NCBI GenBank assembly: GCA_963514005.1
Contig: OY740782.1
Span: forward strand, 24,552,001-24,616,000
DNA length: 64,000 bases
Source of the DNA: Raja brachyura
Taxonomy: Eukaryota
Direction of reading: 5' to 3'
This document shows, one piece after another, positions 52,620 to 64,000 of this stretch; the stretch's first letter is position 1; each line of letters begins with the position of its first letter. The notes under the pieces are model-generated. The model saw only the letters and a list, made by a program, of their open reading frames with translations, did not search any database and was not told the DNA's origin. The translations under genes were made by a program, and so were the position numbers.

Positions 52620-53445
52620 TTTCATTGGCAGGCCAGCAGTGGAGAGAGTTTATAGCTACAAATTGCAGTCCATTTCCATCTCGTATTACCGCCCTCGATC
52701 AAGTATAGAGATGTAATCATGAAGGAGGAACTCTAGTTTTTCTGCTTTCTTGAAAGTTTAAAGAGATTCAGCATGTCACCATATACTTTACCAAACTCCT
52801 AAAGGTGCACTGCAAAAAGTATCCTGACTAGTTGAATTCCAAGGTGCAGAATGTCCATCACATATACAGCCCTTCCCACAGTCTACATAAGACACTGCCT
52901 CAAGAAGGCTGCCTCTATCATCAAGGATCACCATCATATAGACCATGCCCTCTTCTCACTACACCTTCAGGCAGGATGTTCAAAAGTCTTAAGTCCCACA
53001 CTGTTAAGTTCTGGAATTCCTCCTTTTGCACAAACATTGGGTTCTTGAACCATTCCACACAAGCCTACTCTGAGCTCAGCAATGGAATACTGCAGACCTC
53101 CTCTTGCGCTTCCTGGTAGGACCTGCCTTCTAATTATAATTTTGCACTGTTATCTTATCATTGCAGTATTTTTAGAACAGAACAGTGCAGCACATGAATA
53201 AGCCCTTTGGCCCACAGTTTCTGTGCTATACATGATACCAATTTAAACGAATCCCCTCTGTCAGCATGTGATCCATATCCCTCCATCCCCTGCATATCTA
53301 GGCGCCTGTCTCAAGATTAAATAATCTTGTATAATTTATGCTTTTATGGGTTTGGACTCAAGCACTTTGTGCTTGTAATGCAGCTGTAAAGAAGATTTTC
53401 ATTGTGTCAGTATTTATGCATATAGCAATAAAGTGGACTTGACTT
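52620..53445 (+). mobile_element. Old Rex1/Babar-like 3' fragment
   Basis: CLKKAASIIKDHHHIDHALFSL, PSGR; aataaa...gacttgactt tail. Confidence 0.65.
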
Positions 53446-54749
53446 TGCTTGTGCTGTGTGCTTCTGTACTCAATTACTCTTATGCTGTTGTGCCCTATGA
53501 ACACAATGAATGTATTAATTCACTGACATGTAATTTATTTCCAGTTCTTTCCACCGCTGTAATAATTCATTAATTTGTTCACTTCATTTAGCCTTCATAT
53601 TTAAGTCATTGATTTTACTTCTCTATTAATTTCATGATTATTAAATCACTGATGGCTACTCAACAACTCAGCAATATTCAATTACCTCTCATTGCGCATG
53701 GTTTGTTTAGAATTTTAGCAATTGTAATTGCAGTGGGACTACCCAATGTCAAACTAATTTAATAACACTCTGAGTAGGAATTTAACCTCCATAGTTCATT
53801 ACATATATGCTCACAATGATTATGTTCTGCTGTTCACTGTTTTAGATTTACTGACATTGTATGGCTTGAGACCATACAACCGTAGCCCATTCAAAAATAA
53901 AATGATGTACATACATTCAGGAGCTCTTTCTGCTCTTTTCCTATGGCTCACTCATAATCAGCCCAGTGCTTCTCAGATTTTTGCCCAATCTGTTTGTTAA
54001 GCAATTACAAATGTACAAACAGCTTGCCAATAGAGTTCAACTCGGGTCCAACCATGAAAATTGTTGGCTCCTTCAGTGGGCAACAGGCTCTGGTTCCATA
54101 ATAGAAGTGGATGCTCTAAATTAATCTTAAATGTTTCACCATCTGCCAATGTATGGAAAACCACTGGCGTACAATTGCAATTTTCCAAGCTTTCTCCCAT
54201 GAGTTGGCTGCCAGCGGGAGCTCTGGATCACTACATCACCCAGTCTTAGGTTTAACGCGTTGTCTACAAGTTTGCACATGCACTTCACCTAGCTGGAGGC
54301 AAAAGGAAGATCGCACAATTTTGCAAACTGTGCACGATCTGAGGAAGAATGTCAGACCCAAACCACTGAAGAAATTGTGCTCCCTGGCCTGCTGAATGTT
54401 TCCAGCACTTTGTGTTTTTGTGTGCAAGTCACATTCCTAACCAAGTGAGCAGGCTGGAGAGGGCAAGCTGCAGAGAATACTATCCCTTCAGTTATTGCAG
54501 TTGTTCTGCCATGACACTTCCACACCAATGCCCCCCATCATTATAACAACTCCCCATCCCTCTCGTTCACAGCTTTCTCCCTGGTCCTGCAACCTGGAAA
54601 TCTTCCAACTGACTTTCTTTGAATGAGCTGCAGCTATATATTCCCAAACCGTGTGGTGGCAGCATGGCAGCCATATTAGAAATTGCAGATCTAAGGAACT
54701 GTTCACACAGACATTGTGGGTGAGCAAGTAGTAGCGGGTGGGCAAGTAC

Positions 54750-55866
54750 GGAGTAGCAAGATGGATTCAACAGTGGCTGAATGGGAGATGCCAGGGAGTA
54801 ATTGTGGATAGCTGTTTGTCAGGTTGGAAGCCGGTGACCAGTGGGGTGCCTCAGGGATCTGTGTTGGGTCCACTGTTGTTTGTCATGTACATCAATGATC
54901 TAGATGATGGGGTGAAAAATTGGATAAGTAAGTATGCAGATGATACTAAGATAGGTGGTGCTGTGGATAATGAAGTATATTTTCAAAGTCTACAGAGAGA
55001 TTTAGGCCATTTGGAAGAGTGGGCTGAAAGATGGCAGATGGAGTTTAATGCTGATAAGTGTGAGGTGCTACATCTTGGCAGGCCAAATCAAAATAGGACG
55101 TACATGGTAAATGGTAGGGAATTGAGGATTGCTGTAGAACAGAGGGATCTAGGAATAACTGTGCATAGTTCCCTGAAGGTGGAATCGCATGTAGATAGGG
55201 TGGTAAAGAAAGCTTTTGGTGTGCTGGCCTTTATAAATCAGAGCATTGAATATAGGAGTAGGGAAGTAATGTTAAAATTGTACAAGGCATTGGTAAGACC
55301 AATTCTGGAGTATGGTGTACAATTTTGGTCGCCTAATTATAGGAAGAATGTCAACAAAATAGAGAGCGTACAGTGGAGATTTACTAGAATGTTGCCTGGG
55401 TTCCAGCAACTAAGTTACAGAGAAAGGTTGAACAAGTTAGGTCTTTATTCTTTGGAGCGCAGAAGGTTAAGGGGGGGGTCTTGATTGAGGTCTTTAAAAT
55501 GATGAAAGGGATGGACAGAGTTGACGTGGATAAGCTTTTCCCATTGAGGGTAGGGAAGATTCAAACAAGTGGGCATGACATGAGAATTAAGGGACAGACG
55601 TTTAGGGGTAACATGAGGGGGAACTTCTTTACTCAGAGAGTGGTGGCTGTGTGGAATGATCTTCCAGCAGAAGTGGTGGAGGCAGGATCGATTTTAACAT
55701 TTAAAAGTAAAGTGGATAGGTATATGGACAGGAAGGGAATGGAGGGGTATGGTCTGAGTGCAGGTAGATGGGACTATGGGAAAATAAATGGTCGGCACGG
55801 ACTGGAAGGGCCGAGAAGGCCTGTTTCCGTCCTGTAATTGTTATATGGTTATATGGTTATATGGTT
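54750..55866 (+). mobile_element. CR1 LINE (family B) RT to 3' end, young
   Basis: [14 protein letters not shown]; single frameshift in a G run near 55478; (atatggtt)n tail. Confidence 0.95.
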
Positions 55867-56756
55867 GAAGAGCCCGTTCCTGTGCTGTACGGTTCTATGC
55901 TCTAAGTTCAGATGATGGAATCATGAACAAAATACAAAGTGCTGGAGGAACTCCACAAGTCAGGTAGCATCAGTGGGAGGAATGGACTGGCGACGTTTCA
56001 GGTCAGGACCCTTCTTCAGATTGATCAAAGTGCCCGTTGGTCAGAAGATGGGTTCTGATTTGAAATGCCGCATGTCTATGTTAGCAATTGGACTTGGCTT
56101 AATCTGACCTGCTGGGATTTGATTGGTAACATCAGTTTAAATTCAGACTTCTACTTCCTACAATGGCAATAAGAGACATTCCACTGGCTGAAACCCAGAC
56201 TGTTGCAAAATATATAATGCCAGGTCCCAATTCTCTCTGGTCGATTTATTATTTTGCAGCTTGGGAGGCGAGTTGAATCTACAGGAATAAATGTCTGAAG
56301 CACCAATGAATAAAACAAGTGATTGGAAAATCCTTATTTCTTACAGTCACAAGGGTATGAAAAACAGCTTCAAGTCAGGTAAAAATAAATAGAGAGGGGG
56401 TGAAAGAAGTTGATAGCAAAATCAAAATTTCTGATGAATACATTTTATTTGTAGTAACTGTTTGGAACAAATTGGTGCTGATCATACCTGGAACAAGCTG
56501 CTAGGGGAGCCAGTGGAATTGCATACAATTATGTCTAAAAGGCCTATAGGCAAGATACTTACAAAGGAAAGGCATCTGGGTGATATTGGCTCACTGTGGG
56601 CAAATGGGGCAAGCATGGATAAGCATCACATGGACATTTCTGTGCTATGTGTTTCTATGATTCTTACACAGTCTCTAACTTTGCTGAAAATTCTGTCAAT
56701 GGAATATTATCCCACAGTAAACACCTGACACCTCCCCTCTGTTCATCTCAATTACC

Positions 56757-58550
56757 AACAATAGACAATAGGTGCAGGAGTAGGCCATTCAGCCCTTTGA
56801 GCTAGCACTGCCATTTAATGTGATCATGGCTGATCATCCCCCATCAGTACCCCATTCCTGCCTTCTCCCCATATCCCCTGATTCCACTATCTTTAAGAGC
56901 CCTATCTAGCTCTCTCTTGAAAGTATCCAGAGAACCGGCCTCCACTGTCCTCCGTGGCAGAGAATTCCACAGATTCACAACTCTCTGTGAGAAAAAGTGT
57001 TTCCTCATCTCCGTTCTAAACGGCTTACCCCTTATTCTTAAACTGTGGCCCCTGGTTCTGGACTAACCTAACATCGGGAAATATGTTTCCTGCCTCCAGC
57101 ATGTCCAATCTCTTAATAATATTATATGTTTCAATAAGATATCGTCTCATCCTTCTAAACTCCAGAGTATACAAGCCCAGCCGCTCCATTCTCTAAGCAT
57201 ATGACAGTCCCGCCATCTCGGGAATTAATCTTGTAAACCTACGCTGCACTCCCTCAATAGCAAGAATGTCCTTCCTCAAATTAGGGGACAAAAACTGCAC
57301 ACAATACTCCAGGTGTGGTCTCACTAGGTCCCTATACAATTGCAGAAGGACCTCTTTGCTCCTATACTCAACTCCTCTTGTTATAAAGGCTAACATGCCA
57401 TTTGCTTTCTTCACTGCCTGCTGTACCTGCATGCTTACTTTCATAGACTGATGAACAAGGACCCCCTAGATTCCGTTGTACTTGTGCTTTTCCCAACTTG
57501 ACACCATTTAGATAATAATCTTTCTTCCTGTTTTTGTTACCAAAGTGGATAACTTCACATTTACTCCATAAAACTGCATCTGCCATGCATCTGCCCACTC
57601 ACCCAACCTGTCCAAGTCACCCTGCATTCTCATAGCATCCTCCTCACAGTTCATACTGCTTTATGTCATCTGCAAATTTGCTAATGTTATTTTGAATCCC
57701 TTCATCTAAATCATTGATGTATATTGTGAATAGCTGCGGTCCCAGCACCGAGCCTTGCGGCACCCCACTAGTCACCGACTGCCATTCTGAAAGGGACCCG
57801 TTAATCCCTACTCTTTGTTTCCAGTCTGCCAACCAAATTTCTATCCATGTCAGTACCCTATCCCCAATACCATGTGACCTAATTTTGCCCACTAATCTCC
57901 TCTGTGGGACCTTATCAAATGCTTTCTGAAAGTCCAGGTACACTACATCCACTGGCTCTCCCTTGTCCATTTTCCTAGTTATATCCTCAAAAAATTCCAG
58001 AAGATTAGTCAAGCATGATTTCCCCTTCGTAAATCCATGCTGACTCGGACCGATCCTGTTACTGCTATCCAAATGTGCCGCTATTTTATCTTTTATAATT
58101 CCCTCCAGCATCTTCCCCACCACCGATGTCAGGCTAACTGGTCTATAATTCCTGTTTTTAATCTCCCGCCCTTCTTAAAAAGTGGGATAACATTAGCTAT
58201 CCTCCAATCCAAAGGAACTGATCCTGAAACTACAGAACATTGGAAAATTATCACCAATGCATCCACGATTTCTAGAGCCACTTCTTTAAGAACCCTGCGA
58301 TGCAGACCATCAGGCCCTGGGGATTTATCAGGCTTCAGTCCCCTCAGTCTATCCAACACCATTTCCTGCCTAATATGGATTTCCTTCAGTTGCTCCGTCA
58401 CCCCAGATCCTCTGGCCACTAGTATATCAGGAATATTGTATGTGTCCTCCTTAGTGAAGATGGATCCAATGTACCTGTTCAACTCATCTGCCTTTTCCTT
58501 GTTCCCCATAATAAATTCACCTTTTTCAGTCTTCCAGGGTCCAACTTTAG
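56757..58550 (-). mobile_element. CR1 LINE (family A) RT to 3' end
   Basis: [27 protein letters not shown]; tail caatagacaatagg. Confidence 0.93.
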
Positions 58551-58559
58551 TAGCAAACA

Positions 58560-60260
58560 AATCTGGTTTAAAAATCACAAACTGCTGCAGTAACTCAATG
58601 GATCAGGCAGCATCCCTGGTAACATTTCAGGTCGGAACCCTTATTCACACTGATTGTAGGTGCGGGGAAGGGAAGATAGTTGGAAAAGAGGTGGGGCAGG
58701 ACAGAGCGTGGCTGGTAATATGTGAACACAGGTGAGGGGATTATGTAGGAAGGAACGGTAGATGGTGGTTTTAACCGAAGATAGACACAAAATGCTGGAG
58801 TAACTCAGCGGGACAGGCAGCATCTGTGGAGAGACGGAATGGGAGTCATTTCGAGCCATGACCCTTCTTCGGAAGAAGGCCATCTACTATCTACAGTTGG
58901 GGGGATTGTTTCATAGATTGTTGGGCAAAGGCCAGTGTTGAGGAGGCAGGCAAGGGCCTGAGATGATAAAGCATTGAGAATTCTTGTGCTCAGGGATAGA
59001 AAAGTTGTGAATTGTGTATCCATTGCAAATGCTACAGTGGCGATGGGGAAAAACAGGTACAAGGTCAGCCAGGTTTCAGCGGATGGGGATTAAAAAGAGT
59101 GGGAGGGGAGGGATGTGTAAAAGAAAGGAGGGGTTCTGGGGAGGCTAAAGGAGAGGGGGAAGCAGGCTGTAGTGAGTTAGTTACTTAAAATTGGAAAATT
59201 CAATGTTCATACCATTGGGTTATAAGCTACCCAAGTGGAATAGGAGGTGATGCTCCTCCAGTTTGCTTGTGACCTCACTTTGGCAATGGAGGAGGACCAG
59301 GACAGAAAGGTCAGTATGGGAATGGTTAACAACCAGAAGATCCTGTAGGCTTTGGCAGGGCGAATACAAGTGCTTGGCAAAGTTGTCGCCGAGTCTATGC
59401 TTGGTCTTGTTGATATACAGAAGCCCACACTGGGAACACCGGATGCAGTGGATGAGGTTAGAGGAGGTGAATGTGCACTTCTGTCTCACTTGGAAGACTT
59501 CTGGGGTCCCTGGATGGAGGTGTGGCAGGAGGTATAATGACAGGTATTACATGTCCTGTAATTGCAGGAGAAAGTACCTGGGGAATGGGTGGTTTGGTCT
59601 CCTAATCTAAGGAAAGACATTCTTGCCATAGAGGGAGTACAGAGAAGGTTCACCAGACTGATTCCTGGGATGGCAGGACTTCCATATGAAGAAAGACTGG
59701 ATAGACTCGGCTTGTACTCGCTGGAATTTAGAAGATTGAGGGGGGATCTTATAGAGACTTACAAAATTCTTAAAGGGTTGGACAGGCTAGATGCTGGAAG
59801 ATTGTTCCCGATGTTGGGGAAGTCCAGAACAAGGGATCACAGTTTAAGGATAAGGGGGAAGTCTTTTAGGGCTGAGATGAGAAAATTATTTTTCACACAG
59901 AGAGTGGTGAATCTCTGGAATTCTCTTCCACAGATTGGAATATATTTCATTGGCTATATTTAAGAGGGAGTTAGATGTGGCCCTTGTGGCTAAAGGGATC
60001 AGGGGGTATGGAGAGAAGGCAGGTACAAGATACTGAGTTAGATGATCAGCCATGATCATATTGAATGGCAGTGCAGGCTCGAAGGGCCGAATGGCCTACT
60101 CCTGCACCTATTTTCTATGTTTCTATGAAGGGAAGAGTGAACCAAAGAGTTGCTGAGGAAGCGGTTGGCATAAGGCGGGAATGGGAGGCGAGTGGAAAAT
60201 GTGACGCGCTGGGATCTGGTTGGAAATTGCGGAAATGTCGGAGGGTGATGTGTTAAAAAT
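58560..60260 (-). mobile_element. Penelope-like 3' fragment with nested CR1 family C (+, ~59590-60127)
   Basis: NLIHCIRCSQCGLLYI...LEEHHLLFHLGSL. The Penelope sequence resumes after the CR1 tail at aagggaagagtgaaccaaagagttg. Confidence 0.85.
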
Positions 60261-61895
60261 TATCATCCTTGAACATAGAAATATACATTCTGTATGGAGT
60301 TTGTACATTCTCCCCGTGACCGGCATAGGTTTTCTCCGAGATCTTTGGTTTCCTCCCATGCTCCCAAGACGTACAGGTTTGTAGGTTAATTGCCTGCCGT
60401 GTGTCGGATAGTGTTAATGTGCGGGGATCACTGGCGGCACGGACCCAGTGGGCCAAAGGGCCTGTTTCTGCGCTGTATCTCTAAACTAATAAATTTAACC
60501 CCTTCACCATTCAATACATTAGAGGGAGTACTGATTTTTTGCCTCTGTTCAATGTTCCTCATTGTTCCTGCTCGATCTTGATTCTCCGGTTGGCCGAAAG
60601 CTTTCTCAGCCTTGAATATTATCAATTATTCAACAGCCACAGTTCTTTGGGGAAGAAAATACCAAAAATTTACAGAGAATAAATTCCTCCTTCTTGCAGT
60701 CTTAAACAGTCTGTGTACAAGGAATGTACTTTGTTCTGGTGAAAACTCATTTGGAAGACTATTTGCAGCCTTGGTCTCCATAGTTAAAGAAAGATATCTG
60801 TGCACGAGGAGTCTATGCAGTGCCCATATGTGAGATTAATTCTTGGAAAGGGAAAGTTGTCCATTGAGGCATGATTGCATATGTCTAGTTTGTGCTCACT
60901 GAAGCATCAATTTTCAGTAAATAGTTTTGCAATGTTATTCTTCTATTGGAAGCCTGTGAGGCACTTTGTTCTAAAGTGTCATGCTATCGTTTTGAAACTT
61001 GGGTTGTATTATCTTTCCTCAGTTCAATTCCTCGAACAGAATAGATTAAAAACTATGTACTATGTGGGTGATGTGAACAAGATTGTTTGATTGGAAAGGT
61101 TTTGCTTCTCGCCATGCTGTATCGCTTTTACAACTTCCCAAACAGGGATTTGAACTCTCAACTTCTGCAAGTCTTATATCAAAATTACAAAGGAGCTGTA
61201 CATATGCAATGGTTGCAACTGCAAATTACAGCAATGGCCCTTCCACTTCTGGCTAAATAAAGGATATTGCGGGATTTGTTCAGAAGCAATGATTTCAATT
61301 GATTTTACATTTAAGAAAACAATTATTTCAAAAGAATATTCCAGCAGGATTTAACTAAAGGTTTTGCATTAAAAACAAAAACAAAATATTCTCTTTTATC
61401 ATCAGACAAGAAAAAAATATTATTGCAAGTTTTGTTTACAACTGGACAGCAATGTTTGAATTCCACTGTTATTGCCTACCACCACATCAAAGCACATACT
61501 CTTTGGTGGTCTTTTTCCTGATGTTTACACAGTGTTATAACATAATTAAAAAGTGTATACAATTATACTGGATATAGTGCTGGACACATTCTCACCCCAT
61601 CCCAGGATTCAGTTGTCTAAATTGGTTCCTGGTACGCTCCATTATTTACCACACAAAATTATGGCCAGCCATAATAATAATGGAAACTATGCAAGTGCAC
61701 CAAAAGATTAGCTTTCAAAGAAAATTGTGCATTCTTTCCAAAAGTCTCCAAGAATGTAATTTCCATTTTGGCTTTGTCAGGCTTTGCAACAACTGAGGAA
61801 GATTTAAAATGCTTTTAAATAGGATCTGCTTTTTGCTAAACTGAGCATGAAACGTATTTCTCAAGTTCGGTAGATGACACAGTGTTTAGTACTGG

Positions 61896-62197
61896 AAAAT
61901 AGTAAGATTAAACGAGAACTTATCAGTTTGAAGTTTGATCTTTATTTTATGAGGAGTTACGATGAGGGATTACGTGAAGACCCCGCCAGCACGCATGCGC
62001 GACATTCTTCAAAGCAGTGGTGTGAAATCACAGACAGTCACAATGACTAATATAGTAAGATAAGAGAGAACTTTCATACCAGGTGATCTTTATGGTAGAG
62101 GGTTGGGAGCGGAGGGCACGTAATCCCTCATCGTAACTCCTCATAAAATAAAGATCAAACTTCAAACTGGTAAGTTCTCGTTTAATCTTACTATTTT
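61896..62197. repeat. 81-bp inverted repeat (arms 61896-61976 and 62117-62197): DIRS right terminal extension and ICR
   Basis: aaaatagtaagattaaacgagaact...gagggattacgtg versus its reverse complement; one mismatch seen. Confidence 0.92.
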
Positions 62198-62387
62198 ATT
62201 TCGGTAGTCACGTGAGTGACTACGTGAAGATTTCAAAGCTCTGTGATTTCATGCCCTGGAAGCTCCATGCTCACACACCGCTAAAGTTGGGATAAGAGGA
62301 TGAACGTAATTCAGACAAGACACTGGCTGAAAAACAAAAATAGGTATTTATTCATACCAAAACAATATAGTGTCCCATAAGGGTAAA

Positions 62388-63371
62388 CTATCTGGCAGCA
62401 CTCAAAATCCTCCCTGCATAAGTGTCAGGGGAGGTCACGGGTTTATAGTAAAAGCGGTGAAAAGTCTTTTCGTTACTCCAACCCGCTGTGGCCAGGATGT
62501 GGTCCAATGGTACTTCCATCCTCCTAGCCGCCGAGGTGGATGCCGCCCTGGTGGAGTGAGGTTTGAATATGTTAGTGTCCACCCCCGCCGCATCCAGTAC
62601 CACCCTTAACCATCTAGAAATGGTTTGCACCGTGACTTTATGATGGGGCTTCTTGTGACTAATGAGCAATGCTGTCTCCGTGCCCCTTAGATTTTTGGTG
62701 ACTGTGATGTATCGTGAAATTAACGTGACGATACAGAGACGAGAATCTGCTGGATAAGCCAGAAATTCCAAAGTATGACCAGACACTCCGGGTCGATCTT
62801 GTTTCAACAGTCCCTGCACATAAAAAATGATTTTGTCATTGGTGATTGTCATAGCATCCAGATTAAGTTTGTGCAGGGACTGGACCCTTTGTGCCGTGAT
62901 AAGTGCCATGATCATTACCATTTTGTAAGTGAGTTTTGCCAGAGTGAGTCCCGAGTTAGGTGTCCATCCTCGCAGCATAGTCAAGACTGTGCTGATATCC
63001 CAAGTATGGCTATATCTGGCCCTGGGGGGATTGGAATTGAATATTCCCCTCATAAGTTTGGATACTAAAGGATGTGATCCAATTCCCAATTGGTCACTCC
63101 CCCGGCCCAAGTAGGATGATAGGGCACTCCTGGCACTGTTTATGGCACTGTAGCTCAATCCCTCATCGAAGTGAAGGGTAGCCAAGAATTCCAGCACTTC
63201 CGTTATGGTGGCGGTTTCATATGTGGTGTTGGCTGTGATGCAGAATCCTTCCCATTTCCTGATGTAGGTCAGGTACTGCTTCATTGTGGACTCTCTGCAA
63301 GCTGCTGTGATGGTGTCTATGGTCCTGTTGGTGAGTCCGAATCCGCAAAGAGGCCGTTTTAAAATCTGCAA
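62388..63371 (-). CDS. DIRS tyrosine recombinase
   Basis: 327-codon open frame with the catalytic set R (AQRVQS), K (LLKQDRPG), HxxR (KPHSTR), W (AGWS) and Y (FHRFYYK). Confidence 0.92.
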   Translation of the reverse strand: MQILKRPLCGFGLTNRTIDTITAACRESTMKQYLTYIRKWEGFCITANTTYETATITEVLEFLATLHFDEGLSYSAINSARSALSSYLGRGSDQLGIGSHPLVSKLMRGIFNSNPPRARYSHTWDISTVLTMLRGWTPNSGLTLAKLTYKMVMIMALITAQRVQSLHKLNLDAMTITNDKIIFYVQGLLKQDRPGVSGHTLEFLAYPADSRLCIVTLISRYITVTKNLRGTETALLISHKKPHHKVTVQTISRWLRVVLDAAGVDTNIFKPHSTRAASTSAARRMEVPLDHILATAGWSNEKTFHRFYYKPVTSPDTYAGRILSAAR

Positions 63372-64000
63372 ATTAACAGGTCCATGCGGTCATGACATGG
63401 GTGATGTTCTCCTGTTACGGGGTGAATGAGCACGCTTGGTCTCTTATTGACCCGGATGCAAGGTTCTGTGGCCATCTTCTGTACCATAGGGAACCATGGT
63501 TGGGTAGGCCAGTCGGGCACCACCAAAATTCCCGATGCGGAATCTTGTTTTATTTTCTGCAAGACCCGACTGATGAGGCAGAAAGGGGGAAATGCATAGC
63601 AAAACAAATCCCCCCAATGTAGCGTGAAGGCATCCATCGCTACTGCCCCCGGGTCTGGTTCCCAAGCAACATATGTTGGTAGTTGGTGATTTAACCTAGA
63701 CGCGAAAAGGTCGATATCTGGTGTCCCATAACGTTCTACAATATCTGAAAACACATTCCGATCCAACATCCATTCTATGTTGTCGTTGAATTTGCGTGAC
63801 CTGGTGTCTGCCACTGTGTTTAGCTTACCTGGAAGGTAAGTGGCTGAAATCCAAATTTCCCTTTGCAGACACCAGTGCCAGATATTGTTAGCCAATTCAT
63901 CACACGATATCGACTTTATACCGCCCATGTGGTTAATATAGGCCACCACCGTGGTGTTGTCAATTTGTATTCTAACATGGACTTTGTGCATATTTGTGCA
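63359..64000 (-). CDS. DIRS pol C-terminus: RNase H plus Dam-like methyltransferase domain
   Basis: RNase H motifs IQIDNTTVVAYINHMGG and YLPGKLNTVADTRSR. MT motifs PDIDLFAS, YAFPPF and LVVPDWPTQPWF. No internal stops. Confidence 0.9.
   Translation of the reverse strand, partial: CTNMHKVHVRIQIDNTTVVAYINHMGGIKSISCDELANNIWHWCLQREIWISATYLPGKLNTVADTRSRKFNDNIEWMLDRNVFSDIVERYGTPDIDLFASRLNHQLPTYVAWEPDPGAVAMDAFTLHWGDLFCYAFPPFCLISRVLQKIKQDSASGILVVPDWPTQPWFPMVQKMATEPCIRVNKRPSVLIHPVTGEHHPCHDRMDLLICRF

Larger units (their letters stand above)
61896..64000 (-). mobile_element. DIRS1-like tyrosine-recombinase retrotransposon, 3' half (continues beyond the window)
   Basis: RNase H/methyltransferase ORF followed by a tyrosine recombinase ORF, then an internal complementary region and terminal repeat forming an 81-bp inverted repeat. 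Confidence 0.93.

Noticed and set aside
63355-63390. -1 ribosomal frameshift from DIRS pol into the recombinase at TTTTAAAA
   Set aside because: The run is not phased as X XXY YYZ in the pol frame.

Overview
Eukaryotic, AT-rich, repeat-dense genomic DNA. It is most likely from a cartilaginous fish (skate or ray), inferred from the CR1/HER1-type LINEs, HE1/V-SINE-type SINEs and Penelope families. The window appears to lie within one host gene on the minus strand, PLXDC2 (plexin domain-containing 2). Three consecutive internal coding exons (24466-24588, 22981-23099, 18670-18769) have canonical AG/GT ends and join in frame; the neighbouring exons were not found. The rest is mostly nested mobile elements: several CR1 families (one near full length), Penelope-like (GIY-YIG) fragments, Rex1/Babar and RTE-like 3' ends, V-SINEs, a decayed Gypsy gag-pro-RT, two Helitron-like elements, a Harbinger MITE, a Tc1/mariner-type MITE, a hAT-like element and two copies of a ~1.04 kb TIR element with 7-bp TSDs. 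At the right edge is the intact-looking 3' half of a DIRS1-type retrotransposon (RNase H, Dam-like methyltransferase, tyrosine recombinase, ICR/ITR fold-back). The most interesting signal is a family of short Penelope-derived modules carrying a minimal hammerhead-ribozyme motif, several with their own TSDs. Repeat boundaries are approximate unless a TSD or TIR is quoted. No database searches were run.
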